The notes under the pieces: generated by a model
What the model was told of the DNA's origin: nothing
Databases searched by the model: none
What the model saw: only the letters and a program-made list of their open reading frames with translations
Source of the DNA: a virus
Virus record (IMG/VR): IMGVR_UViG_3300046167_000733
Coordinates: 32,001 to 96,000 of that record
Direction: 5' to 3' (one strand)
Length of the DNA: 64,000 bases
Position numbers and translations under genes: made by a program
Shown: positions 39,674 to 51,200 of the stretch, piece after piece
Layout of the letters: each line of letters starts with the position of its first letter
Position numbering within the stretch: position 1 is the stretch's first letter

Positions 39674-41409
39674 TGACCGCTAAACCAACACAATTTGATA
39701 TATCGTCTACCTTCTCTCAGTTGGTAACAGACTTCAATACAGTTTCACTCGACTTAGGTGGGACAGGTAGATTAACCACAAATCAAGACTCAGATGCTGT
39801 TTCTGCTATCAATGAGTTAGAGGTTGCGATAAGAGGGACATCTAATAATCTTGCCGCAAGTGATATAACAACTACTGCAAAAAATCTTGTGGGTTCCGTA
39901 AATGAACTTGATGCCGAGTTAGGTACAATCACTGCAGGGGCAATGGGAACAACTGCATCAACTGTATCTGCCGCAGTTCTAGAACTTCATGGAGAAGTAA
40001 CTACTGCGACTACTAATATTGCTACAATCAATACAAAACTTGGAACAGTATCTGCGGGTAACATGGGAACTTCTGCGAGTACAGTCGTTACTGCGATTGC
40101 AGAACTAGAAGCAGAGATTGATACTCTTAATACAAAAGTATCTCCTGCAACTTCGCTTACAACAACTGCCACAACTACAGTAGGTGGTATTAATGAACTT
40201 GACGCAGAAATAGGTGCGGCATCTCTTGCAACATCTGCAACTACTGTCAAGGGTGCAATCAATGAACTTCACGGTGAGATTGGAACTGCTATAAGTGGAA
40301 ACCATTTAACTGCAGGCAATATAGGTGCGTCATTAAATTCTCTTGCAACTAAAATAGGTAGTGTTACTGCAGGCAATATGGGAACAACTGCTTCAACTGT
40401 TGTTACCGCTATAGCAGAACTAGAGGCAGAGATTGATGTAATCAATAGTCAGGGTGCGGGTCCAAGTAACACTGCAATAGGTACACTTACTGACCTAACC
40501 ACATCTACACAAGCAAATCTGGTTGCCGCAGTAAATGAAATAGAAGCAGTCTTCGACGCATCTACACACGAGATATCTGCAGGAACAAACGCATTCGATG
40601 TTGTTTCAGGTGCATTCACAATAGACGCAAGTGGAACCATATCACTTGATGCCGCAACTACTGCGTTGACAGGAAACTTGGATATGTCTACAGATACGGG
40701 TCGTTTACGACTAGGTGCAGGTAATGACTTATCAATCTTTCATGATGGTTCTAACTCATATATCCAAGACAATGGTACAGGTGATTTAATACTAAGAGGT
40801 AGTAGCAATATAAAGTTACAATCTGCAGGAGGGACTACTCATGCTAACTTTAACTCTTCAGGAGCAGTAACTCTAAATCATGCAGGTAACGAAAAGTTTA
40901 TATCTAAATCTACAGGTGCGGGTATTACGGGTCAACTAGATTTATCTTCACACTTGGATATGCCAGATAATGCTATCATTAAACTTGGTACAGGAGACGA
41001 TTTACAAATCTATCACGATGCTTCTAACTCATACATAAAAGATGCGGGTACAGGGGGACTATATCTACGTACAAACCTATTAAGTATACAAAGTGATGAT
41101 GGATTAGAAACATACGCAACATTTACTGATAATGGTGCTGTTGATTTATACCATAACGCAAGTAAGCGGTTTGAAACTACTGCCACTGGTATAGATGTGA
41201 CAGGAGAACTGACTTTAGATACTGATGCCGTAATAAAGGGTGGTTCTTCTGCCGCAATAACCTTTGCTGGTGCGAATGTCACTATGGGTGGAACTATAAC
41301 ACCAAGTGTTTCTCTTACCACAAGTGCATCGACAGTTGCCGCCGCAATAAATGAGTTGAAAGCAAGTATCCCTATAGTATATAATGCCGCAGGGTCTGCG
41401 TTGAACTAG
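39673..41409 (+). CDS. fibre protein (fibritin/whisker-like) with repeated (A/G)(I/V)NEL coiled-coil segments
   Basis: About nine A(I/V)(N/A)EL repeats; two G.GDDL.IYHD.SNSYI.D.GTG modules. Confidence 0.7.
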   Translation: MTAKPTQFDISSTFSQLVTDFNTVSLDLGGTGRLTTNQDSDAVSAINELEVAIRGTSNNLAASDITTTAKNLVGSVNELDAELGTITAGAMGTTASTVSAAVLELHGEVTTATTNIATINTKLGTVSAGNMGTSASTVVTAIAELEAEIDTLNTKVSPATSLTTTATTTVGGINELDAEIGAASLATSATTVKGAINELHGEIGTAISGNHLTAGNIGASLNSLATKIGSVTAGNMGTTASTVVTAIAELEAEIDVINSQGAGPSNTAIGTLTDLTTSTQANLVAAVNEIEAVFDASTHEISAGTNAFDVVSGAFTIDASGTISLDAATTALTGNLDMSTDTGRLRLGAGNDLSIFHDGSNSYIQDNGTGDLILRGSSNIKLQSAGGTTHANFNSSGAVTLNHAGNEKFISKSTGAGITGQLDLSSHLDMPDNAIIKLGTGDDLQIYHDASNSYIKDAGTGGLYLRTNLLSIQSDDGLETYATFTDNGAVDLYHNASKRFETTATGIDVTGELTLDTDAVIKGGSSAAITFAGANVTMGGTITPSVSLTTSASTVAAAINELKASIPIVYNAAGSALN

Positions 41410-41418
41410 GAGTAATTG

Positions 41419-42756
41419 ATGTCTCGATTACCATTAAAATATAAATCAGGAAATGATGTTCAGGAGATAACAACTGCTGAACACAACTACCTCGCATATC
41501 TTGCAGGGTTAGAGTTAGAAACCGTTTCAGGTACTTATAGTGAAGCAGTGCTTGGTTCTCTTGGTAAGACAAATCAATCTAATGATTTGAATGTTGGTTC
41601 TTTTACTAATACAGAATACACAGGTTCCAATGGTGATGTAGGTGACCACGGAACTCTTACTATCACAACAACAACAACTCCAATATATCAACAAGATGCC
41701 TCAGTTTCTATTCATGCTGATTTCCGCAATCCTTTGTATCAAAAACAAACGAGTGGACAACAGGAGATACAAGAGTTCAATGATACAGACCAACAAGATT
41801 TGGGGGAAACTCTTGCGGGTATCATATATACAAATGATTATCCAGGAACATTTAAATTAGGTTCATCTGCACCGAGTAGTGATTATAGTGTTGCAGTTGC
41901 AAATGTTATGACCGACACTCGTACAACAGGTGCTGATATTGTTTACAATATTTATCAAAGACACACAATGTCTGCCCCAACCGAGATTGATTTGATGGCA
42001 GTCGCAAGAGGTTCTTCTTCACCTTATAATGCAAGTTCAGGGACTTATAGAGGTCTCATAATAATGGCAGATAGTCATAGGTCAAAAACTGCGAAGGGTT
42101 GTCTCGATAGACATCTTGCATCTATTACTAGTACTAATCTACCAATAGGTTCATATCTAATCAGAAGTTCTTCTCAGGGTGCACCTTCTGAAACAGGTAC
42201 TTGGGTTGCAAAAGGAACTGCTATTGATACACGAAATGCAATCGCAGATGCTAACTACACTAATACATTTCAGGATGGTGCTTTTACTAAGACTATCAAT
42301 TCAAACTTCTCAGGAACATATACAGGTACATATACAGGAACAGGTACTGTAACATATAACAATATTAGTAGTTCAAACAGATGGGAAAGAGTTTCCACTC
42401 AAACTCCTGCTATTGGAGATGGTGTTGAAGTTTATGTTGGTGGTTCACTCGTTGCGAGTAGTGTTAATGCAAACGCAACAACTATTACTGCAGGGAATGG
42501 TGTTGTTTATAATCGAGGAGATTTAGATAGTATTCAGAGTATAACAGGTTCAATCGGTAATAGAACAACTACAAGTTGGTATGAGTTTTCTGCAGTAACA
42601 AGTACGAACTATACAGGAACTTATACAGGATTCTATGGTGGAACTAAAACAACTACATCTACTCCTGCCGCATCTACAGGTACATTTGTTGGTGACACTA
42701 TTCAAAATACCACAGAAAATATCGAGACATACACTCTATATGTAAGGACTGCATAA
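41419..42756 (+). CDS. Ser/Thr-rich virion/fibre-associated protein
   Basis: PLK..., YTGTYTG repeats, ends ETYTLYVRTA; AGGAG RBS. Confidence 0.65.
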   Translation: MSRLPLKYKSGNDVQEITTAEHNYLAYLAGLELETVSGTYSEAVLGSLGKTNQSNDLNVGSFTNTEYTGSNGDVGDHGTLTITTTTTPIYQQDASVSIHADFRNPLYQKQTSGQQEIQEFNDTDQQDLGETLAGIIYTNDYPGTFKLGSSAPSSDYSVAVANVMTDTRTTGADIVYNIYQRHTMSAPTEIDLMAVARGSSSPYNASSGTYRGLIIMADSHRSKTAKGCLDRHLASITSTNLPIGSYLIRSSSQGAPSETGTWVAKGTAIDTRNAIADANYTNTFQDGAFTKTINSNFSGTYTGTYTGTGTVTYNNISSSNRWERVSTQTPAIGDGVEVYVGGSLVASSVNANATTITAGNGVVYNRGDLDSIQSITGSIGNRTTTSWYEFSAVTSTNYTGTYTGFYGGTKTTTSTPAASTGTFVGDTIQNTTENIETYTLYVRTA

Positions 42757-42789
42757 AAAACATATAGATATACTTGACTGTGGAGATAT

Positions 42790-43218
42790 ATGATGCAACG
42801 AACTTGGTTAGATAATGCCTTTTGGGAAACCCCCAAGAAACTCGTTCTAAATTGTATTAGCGAACATACCGACGAAGAAGGTAGGATTATTCGCAAGACA
42901 ATGAAACTCAAAGAGAAACATCCCCAGTTCAAAGAGTGTATAGACTTCCTTGGAGAAGATGTTATTGAGGCATCCACCGAGGAACGTAGGAAAAGAAAAC
43001 TTCTTGAAAGAGAAATAGAACTCGAAAAAGAAAATGAACTTGGTAAGGCAAAGAAACTAGAAGTACTCTTCAAGTATAAACTAGAGACTTTCGAAATCCC
43101 CGAAATAAAATCCGCAACAAATCGTAAACTCAAATCAAAACTTCGTAGGTCAAAGTCTATACCCGAAGTCAATCTCTATGCTATGATGATACTCCAAGAA
43201 AGTCTGAAAGATGAATAA
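42790..43218 (+). CDS. hypothetical protein (possible chaperone/adaptor)
   Basis: Charged helical protein (LFKYKLETFEIPEIK) in the cassette with the GT and oxygenase. Confidence 0.7.
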   Translation: MMQRTWLDNAFWETPKKLVLNCISEHTDEEGRIIRKTMKLKEKHPQFKECIDFLGEDVIEASTEERRKRKLLEREIELEKENELGKAKKLEVLFKYKLETFEIPEIKSATNRKLKSKLRRSKSIPEVNLYAMMILQESLKDE

Positions 43219-43954
43219 GGGATTTGTTGTTGTTGCATCAAGAAAAAACAACTTCTACATATATGCCATTAATCTCATAGAGTCCATCAAGGACTTCTAT
43301 CCCGAAGCACACGTCACTCTTGTTACGGAAGAAAGATTTATTGATGGACGAGAAGACATTGCTGACAATATTATATTTTGTGATGACCACTATCGTGCAA
43401 AGTTATGGGGTATGGCAAACTCACCTTATGATGTAACAATGTATGTTGATGCAGATATGGAATGTGAACACGAAGATATAATGACCGTATGGGACAACCT
43501 TAGCGAGAATGATATGGTATTTCATGAACTTACAGAAGAGAGGTCTAAGTATTATACGATAAGACATTTTGATATTGAGAATAAAGAGAAAGAGGGTTGG
43601 TTCAGTCTATGTGGTGGTGTGTGCCTGTATAGAAGTTCCAATCCTCTTGTCAAGGAGTTTATGAATGAGTGGTATGAGTTATATGATTTACAACACAGTA
43701 ATCTATGGAGACCCGATTGTTTCACTAATGATGAGCAATGGAATGGACTAAAGAAGTTTGACCAGACTACGCTTTGGTATATGGTAAATACTATGGAAAA
43801 GTATAAAGACCTCAAGATAGGTTTCTTTCATGATGACATTCGTTGGAACTACTTTACACAATATCAGTATGAGAACCTAAAATCAATTGAGAATAAACCT
43901 GTCATACTCAGACATTATTCAGGTTGTCTTGAAAAGGATAAGGCATTAGTGTGA
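43211..43954 (+). CDS. GT-A fold glycosyltransferase
   Basis: KGFVVVA, RAKL....SPYDVTMYVDAD (DxD), CGGV.LY, FDQTTLW, RWN, ILRHY. Confidence 0.8.
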   Translation: MNKGFVVVASRKNNFYIYAINLIESIKDFYPEAHVTLVTEERFIDGREDIADNIIFCDDHYRAKLWGMANSPYDVTMYVDADMECEHEDIMTVWDNLSENDMVFHELTEERSKYYTIRHFDIENKEKEGWFSLCGGVCLYRSSNPLVKEFMNEWYELYDLQHSNLWRPDCFTNDEQWNGLKKFDQTTLWYMVNTMEKYKDLKIGFFHDDIRWNYFTQYQYENLKSIENKPVILRHYSGCLEKDKALV

Positions 43955-44604
43955 GAGATATACCTATAAATAATCCATATGTCAAGGAGGCATTGAACAA
44001 CTTCCTTTGGTATTACGAGAATAAAGAACTTGTTATAAAAACAATAAAGGTAGATGGAGAAGAAAATAAAAGAAAAGACTTTACATCAAAGGAATATTGT
44101 GATAAGATAGTTTCAATGGGTAGAAGTCATAATGGATATCCAGAAAGTATATACACATATCCTCTTAAAGAATCAAATATAAAGGACAATACGCATGCGG
44201 CAGAACTCATTAAAAGATACAGTGATTACAATACAGAATTATGTTCTATTCTTTGCACTAAGAATAATGCTTTAGCAACAATGTATCCACCTAATGGTTT
44301 TATTGGGTGGCACAACAATGCTAACGCAAGTGCTTACAATCTTATATTCTCGTGGAGTGAAACAGGGGATGGTCTCTTTCAATATATAGATGGAGAGACA
44401 GGTGATAATATTATAATGAAAGATAAAAAGGGATGGCAATGTAAAGCAGGATACTTCGGTTCATATGAAGAACATCAAAGTAAACTTGTTTATCATTCTG
44501 CGGAAACTGATTGTTGGAGAATGACTATATCGTATATGTTCAATCGAACCGAGATGAGTTCTAATATACAAGAAGAGACCATAGAGGAGATAATGTATAT
44601 CTAA
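43951..44604 (+). CDS. 2OG-Fe(II) oxygenase-like (DSBH) protein
   Basis: YPPNGFIGWHNN (Hx[D/N]), LVYHSA, WRMTISY. Confidence 0.65.
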   Translation: MRDIPINNPYVKEALNNFLWYYENKELVIKTIKVDGEENKRKDFTSKEYCDKIVSMGRSHNGYPESIYTYPLKESNIKDNTHAAELIKRYSDYNTELCSILCTKNNALATMYPPNGFIGWHNNANASAYNLIFSWSETGDGLFQYIDGETGDNIIMKDKKGWQCKAGYFGSYEEHQSKLVYHSAETDCWRMTISYMFNRTEMSSNIQEETIEEIMYI

Positions 44605-44679
44605 CCCTCTCCAGTATTCTTAAAGTTTTACCTATATGTAGTACTACTTATACAAATGAAGATTTATAGAATTATTATA

Positions 44680-44717
44680 TGTATATCCAACCTTCCCTAA
44701 AGAGTACTTTAAGTATA
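44680..44717 (-). repeat. second copy of the 38-bp element, with a degenerate third copy at 44594-44630
   Basis: Exact reverse complement of 506-543; 44594-44630 (minus) ends GGTTAGATATACA versus GGTTGGATATACA. Confidence 0.9.
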
Positions 44718-44740
44718 CCATACTTTTATATTTTTGTCAA
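44712..44740 (-). promoter_or_regulatory. sigma70-type promoter pointing antisense into the oxygenase/GT genes
   Basis: Minus strand TTGACA-17-(TG)nTATACT; no downstream ORF. Confidence 0.75.
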
Positions 44741-44785
44741 GCATAAAATATATTTTATTTACTCTGATATAGGGTTTCAAAAACA

Positions 44786-44793
44786 TATAAATA
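44786..44793 (+). promoter_or_regulatory. late promoter for the fibre genes
   Basis: TATAAATA upstream of 44826. Confidence 0.8.
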
Positions 44794-44825
44794 GATGTAA
44801 TGATTAAACAAAACGGAATTAGAAA

Positions 44826-45194
44826 ATGGCACTAGTATCACACGAAGATATTGTAATAAACCAAGGCACAGATGTCGCGATAGAAATCCATCTCGTTCAC
44901 GATAGTGGTAGTGTTTATAACTTAACAAACAGAACAGTTACCTCAAAAATGAAGAGAAGATATGCTGACTCAGCAGGAGACCCTGCTACAGTATCTTTCA
45001 ACTCAGTTATTGCGACACCTCCAACAGATGGTATCGTAACACTATCCCTAACTAACGCAGTCACAGATGCCCTTGAAACAAGAGGTCGTTATGTGTATGA
45101 TGTAGAACTTTCTTATCAGGATAGTGATAGTAATACAATCATAGAAAGAATTCTCCAAGGAGAAGTAGAAGTTTCACCCTCAGTAACGAGATAG
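44826..45194 (+). CDS. virion structural protein (Ig/BppU-like, fibre-associated)
   Basis: I.QG.D....I, YNLT, G.VTLSLT...T..L..GRYVYDVE, RILQG.VEVSPSVTR. Confidence 0.75.
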   Translation: MALVSHEDIVINQGTDVAIEIHLVHDSGSVYNLTNRTVTSKMKRRYADSAGDPATVSFNSVIATPPTDGIVTLSLTNAVTDALETRGRYVYDVELSYQDSDSNTIIERILQGEVEVSPSVTR

Positions 45195-45200
45195 ATTAAT

Positions 45201-48200
45201 ATGCCTTCAGTTATATACCGAGACCCAAAGATTAAAATAAATGCTGTTGTCTATAAGGACACCACAGTTAGAGTAAAGAAACTTGTAGTAGGGACTCCTG
45301 TAAAAAGAGTTACTTCAGGTGCATTTAATATTGATAACCTTTCAGGAGTAAGTACTACAGGAAAAACAGCAGGTTCTATACTTGCATACAATGCTTCCGA
45401 TACAAAATGGTCTACCACAAACTTTGCTACAGGTAATAACATTTCTATTACTTTTGATAGTGCCGCAAACACATTTACCTTTGGTACGAATGCCGCATTA
45501 ACGAATGTAACTTCACTTGACGCAACGACTACAAGTACAGTACGCGGTGTATTATCTGTAACAGATGCAGGAGGAGATGGTTCTCTTGCGTACAATAATA
45601 GTACAGGTGTAGTAACATATACTGGACCAAGTGCAAGTGAAACACGCGCACATGTTTCTGCCGTTGATGGTGGAGGTGATGGGTCATTTACATACAACTC
45701 TGGAACAGGGGCATTCACTTATACTGGACCAAGTGCCGCAGAAGTTCGCGCACATATAACCGCAAACAAAGGTTTAAACATAAGTAGTGGTGAGTTGAAT
45801 ATTGACTCTGCTAATGTCAAGGGAATGTTCTCAGGGGGAACAGGGGTTACTTATAATAATGGAGTAATATCCATAGGTCAACCTGTAGCAACAAGTTCAG
45901 ATGTTACCTTTAACGATGTTGTTATATCAGGTGACCTTACTGTATCAGGAACACAAACTACTGTCAATACCGAAACATTATTACTTGCAGATAATGTAAT
46001 TGTTGTTAACTCAAATGCCACAGGTACTCCATCCGAGAATGGTGGTATTGAAGTTGAACGTGGTGACGCAACTAATAAGACCTTGATATGGAACGAGGCA
46101 ATCGACAAGTGGACAGTAGGTTCAGAAACATTCGTGGCAGGAACATTTGAAGGTAATCTTACAGGTAATGTAACAGGAACTGTATCAAGTATCTCAAACC
46201 ATACCACCGCGAACTTAACAGAAAACACTAATCTTTATCATACTACTGCTCGTGCAAGAGGTGCGGTAAGTGCAAGTGGAGACTTATCTTACAACTCATC
46301 TACAGGTGTATTCTCTATTGATGTTGAAGACGCATATACTAAGGTAAACTTTGATAGTGACTTGAGTGCCGCAAACACAGGACAACTTCCAGAAGGTTCT
46401 AATCTTTATCATACTACCGCACGCGCACGAGGCGCAGTATCCGTAACGGACGCAGGGGGTGATGGTTCACTCTCATATAATAGTAGTACAGGTGTTATTA
46501 CATATACAGGTGCAAGTGCGGCAGAGGTTCGTGCTCATTTTAGTGCGGGAGGAGACCTCTCTTATAACTCTTCAACAGGACAGTTCTCGTTTGATGTTGA
46601 GAGTGTTTATACTAAGGCAAACTTTGATAGTGATTTAGGTATCGCAAATACAGGTCAACTTCCAGAAGGTAGTAATCTATATTATACAAATGCGAGAGCA
46701 GATGCTAGAATAACAACTGCTTCAGTGACCGCTACAGGGGCGTTAATGGACAGTGAGTTGACTGATTTGGCAGGAGTCAAAGGTGTCACTATATCCACAC
46801 TACAACCTAAACCATCTGAAGGTGCGTTTGCTAATGGAGATAAAACTAAACTTGATGCGATTGAATCAGGGGCAACAGCAGACCAGACAGATGCAGAGAT
46901 AAGAACTGCAGTAGAATCCGCAACAGATTCAAATGTATTTACAGACGCAGACCATAGTAAACTCAACGCAATAGAAGCATCCGCTACTGCTGACCAGACA
47001 GATGCTGAAATAAAAACTGCGTATGAGAATAACTCAGACACAAACGCATTTACAGATGCAGAGAAAACAAAACTTTCTAACATAGAAGCAAGTGCTGATG
47101 TTACCGATACTGCCAATGTAACCTCTGCGGGTGCGTTGATGGACTCCGAAGTTACTGACTTAGCAGGAGTTAAGGGAGTAACCATATCAACACTTCAGGT
47201 CAAACCAACAGAAGGTGCTTTTGCGGATGGAGATAAAACTAAACTAGACGGAATAGAAGCATCTGCGGATGTGACGGATACTGCTAATGTAACTTCAGCG
47301 GGTGCGTTGATGGACTCCGAACTAACAGATTTAGCAGGTGTTAAGGGTGTCACAATATCTACATTGCAACCTAAACCCTCGGAAGGTGCGTTTGCTAATG
47401 GAGATAAAACTAAACTAGACGGGATAGAAGCAAGTGCAGATGTGACGGATACTGCTAATGTGACAGCGGCAGGGGCATTAATGGACTCTGAGTTGACTGA
47501 CCTAGCAGGGGTAAAAGGAGTTACAATTTCAACTCTCAAGTAAAACCCTCAGAAGGGGCGTTTGCTAACGGAGACAAGACTAAACTTGACGGTATTGAAG
47601 CATCAGCAGATGTCACGGATACTGCGAATGTAACTTCGGCAGGTGCGTTAATGGATAGTGAACTTACTTCTATTGCAGATGTAAAAGCACTAGACCAATC
47701 CGTTATATCAGGGGCAAGTCCAAACTTCACAACAACTAATATGAGTGATGCAACCAATAAAAGGTTCATGACAGATGCTCAAGAAAGTAAGTTAGACGGA
47801 ATAGAAGCAAGTGCGACTGCAGACCAAACCGATGCAGAAATCAGGGCGGCAGTAGAAGCGGCAACAGACTCGAATGTATTTACAGATGCTGACCATTCTA
47901 AACTCAATGCGATTGAGGCGAGTGCTGACGTTACAGATACTGCTAACGTTACTGCGGCAGGTGCTTTGATGGATAGTGAAGTAGATGCTGATATAAAAAC
48001 ATTATCACTTCCTGCTAACACAACAATATCTGCATTCGGTAAAACCTTAGTAGATGATGCTGATGCCGCTACCGCAAGAACAACATTAGGTATTGATGCT
48101 TCTGGAACAGATAATTCTACAAATGTTACTCTAGCAGGTTCACTTGATTATATAACTATATCAGGACAAGAAATAACTAGAAATGCTATTAACTTGTCTA

Positions 48201-51200
48201 CAGATGTAACAGGAACATTACCTATAAGCAATATGGCGGCAACAGCATTAACAACTGTTCAGACTGCCGCTAATGAATCCGCACACTTAGCATTAACGGC
48301 ACAAGAGGGTGACGTTGTAGTAAGGTCAGACCAAAATAAAACATATATGCATAATGGTGGTTCTGCAGGTACAATGAACGACTATACATTACTCGCAACT
48401 CCAACTGATGCCGTAACAAGTGTCAATGGTAATACTGGTGTTGTAACTGTAACAGAAAACGTTACCACAAACTTAACAATCACGGGTACAGATGCCGCAA
48501 GAACTATAGTTTCTTCGGACGGTACAAATGCAGTAATCCCTGTTGCTACCGATAGTGTATCAGGGGTGATGTCTGCCGCAGACCATACTAAGTTAAGTGG
48601 AATAGAAACTAGTGCGGATGTTACCGACACTGCTAATGTAACCTCAGCAGGTGCGTTGATGGATAGTGAAGTCACTAACCTCGCACAAGTAAAAGCATTC
48701 GATGCTTCTGATTATGCGACTTCCGCGCAGGGTACAAAGGCAGACTCCGCATTACAAAATGTGGTAGAGGATAGTTCTCCTCAGTTGGGTGCTAACCTTG
48801 ACTTGAATTCAAATGATATTACAGGTACAGGTAACATATCAACTACAGGTGACTTTACTCTTACAGATACAACAAGTGGAAGTGCCGCAGGACCAGAACT
48901 TACTTTACATAGAGACATAACAGGTGCAGACGCAAACTACCTTGGACAAATAAAGTTTACTGGTGATAACGATGCAGACCAAAGTAATGTTTTTGCTAAG
49001 ATTACAGGTAAGATTAGTGATGCATCAGACGGAAGTGAAGATGGTCTTATTGAGTTTGCTCTTAAGAAAGCAGGAAGCAATAACATAGGTGCAAGACTTA
49101 CAAGTACAGACTTGAAACTTATAAACGGAACAGGATTAGAAGTTGCAGGAAACATAACTGTAACAGGTACAGTAGATGGTAGAGATGTCGCAACAGATGG
49201 TACTAAGTTAGATGGTGTTGAAGCATCAGCAGATGTAACCGACACTGCAAACGTTACTGCCGCAGGTGCGTTAATGGATAGTGAACTCACTGACCTTGCG
49301 GGTGTTAAGGGTGTCACAATATCTACTCTACAACCTAAACCCGTCAGAAGGTGCATTTCGCGAATGGCGATAAGACCAAGTTAGATGGTATTGAAGCATC
49401 TGCCGATGTAACCGATACCGCAAATGTAACTGCGGCAGGAGCACTAATGGACTCCGAGTTAACAGACTTAGCAGGGTGTCAAAGGTGTTACGATTTCTAC
49501 ACTTCAGGTAAAACCATCGGAAGGTGCTTTCGCGGATGGTGACAAAACTAAGTTAGACGCAATAGAAGCATCTGCTGATGTAACCGATACTGCTAATGTT
49601 ACTGCCGCAGGAGCATTGATGGACAGTGAGTTAACAGACTTAGCAGGAGTCAAAGGTGTCACGATATCTACCTTGCAACCTAAACCATCTGAAGGTGCTT
49701 TTGCTAATGGAGATAAGACTAAGTTAGATGGTATTGAAGCATCTGCGGATGTTACTGACACTGCCAATGTTACTTCAGCAGGAGCATTGATGGATTCAGA
49801 GTTAGCATCTATTGCTGATGTGAAAGCATTAGACCAATCTGTTGTATCTGGAGCAAGTCCTACATTCGGTACTGCAAATATGACCGATGCCTCTAACAAG
49901 AGGTTTATGACTGACGCACAAGAAACTAAACTTGATAGTGTTGAATCCTCTGCTACTGCAGACCAAACTGCCGCAGAAATACTTACTGCGATTAAGACAG
50001 TAGACGGAGCAAGTTCAGGGTTAGATGCTGACTTACTCGATGGAGTACAAGGTTCTTCATATCTTAGAAGTGATGCTAATGACACCTTTACAGGTAACTT
50101 AACTGTAGCAGGTAAAATTGGTCTTGGTGATGCAGATACTGTTGCAGACCACGAGTTACATATTCAAAGTGCTTCACCAACCATAAGACTAGAAGATACA
50201 GACGGAAACCAAAGATTTGATATTACACAAAACGGTGGCACTACTAATGTTGATTATGAATCAGGTGTAATCTTTAAGAAAGCAGATGCTACAGAAATAT
50301 TCAGAATTGATGGTGCGGGTATAGATGTAACGGGTATTATTACTGCTACAAGTCATATTGATGTGCCAGACAATTCATATCTATTGATGGGTACAGGTGA
50401 CGATTTACAACTCTATCACGATGGTAGTAACTCATATGTTAGAGATGTAGGAACAGGTGACCTTTACATTGATACTAACTCAGGAATACATCTGTATGCT
50501 AATGGCAGTGAAACTATGCTATATGCACAACCTAATGCGGGTGTTCAACTATTCTATGATAATGTCAAGAAAATTGAAACGGTATCTTCTGGGATAGAGG
50601 TATCAGGTACTCTTCAAGTTGAAGGTGCTACAGGCGAAACTATAAGACTACACAGAGATGACACTACAGTAACAGGTGGCAATTTAATAGGACAAATTGC
50701 ATTTTCACACAACGACGATACTAATAGTGGTGATGGTGTACTTATAAAAGGTGTTGCTAATGGCGGTACAGGTAATTCTACCTTACAAATCCATACAGGA
50801 ACGCCAGGAAGTTTAACTGAAAAGATTAGAATTTCTGATAGTAAGGTTGAGAATAAAGTTGACCTAGAAGTAACAGGTGATGTAACTGCAACAGGTGCAT
50901 TTAAAACAACAGCGGCGGGTACGGGTCAACAATTATTTAATGCAACTGTTGATTTAGGAACTAATACCAGAGGATTCTCACTGGTTAGTCCTGCTAGTGA
51001 TAGCGGTAGTACGGCATTTAAATGGGAAACAGGAAACTCTATACTATGGGAACTTGACACTGCTGAAGCAAAATCAATGTTCCTAAACTCAGCAGGTAAC
51101 TTGGGTCTAGGTACTTACTCACAAAGTGTCAAACTTGATGTGAACGGTACTATAAAGTATACAGGTTTAAGGGGTACAGGTTCTGTTACAGTAACCAATA

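Noticed and set aside
43211-44604. GT + oxygenase as a DNA hypermodification (TET/JBP-type) system
   Set aside because: Disfavoured, not excluded: the genes lie among fibre genes away from replication functions, and the genome appears to avoid restriction sites.
46720-50080. 171-nt periodic repeats as a CRISPR array or DGR template/variable pair
   Set aside because: The repeats are in-frame coding with synonymous differences at all four bases; there are no unique spacers, no cas or reverse transcriptase genes and no adenine-specific pattern.
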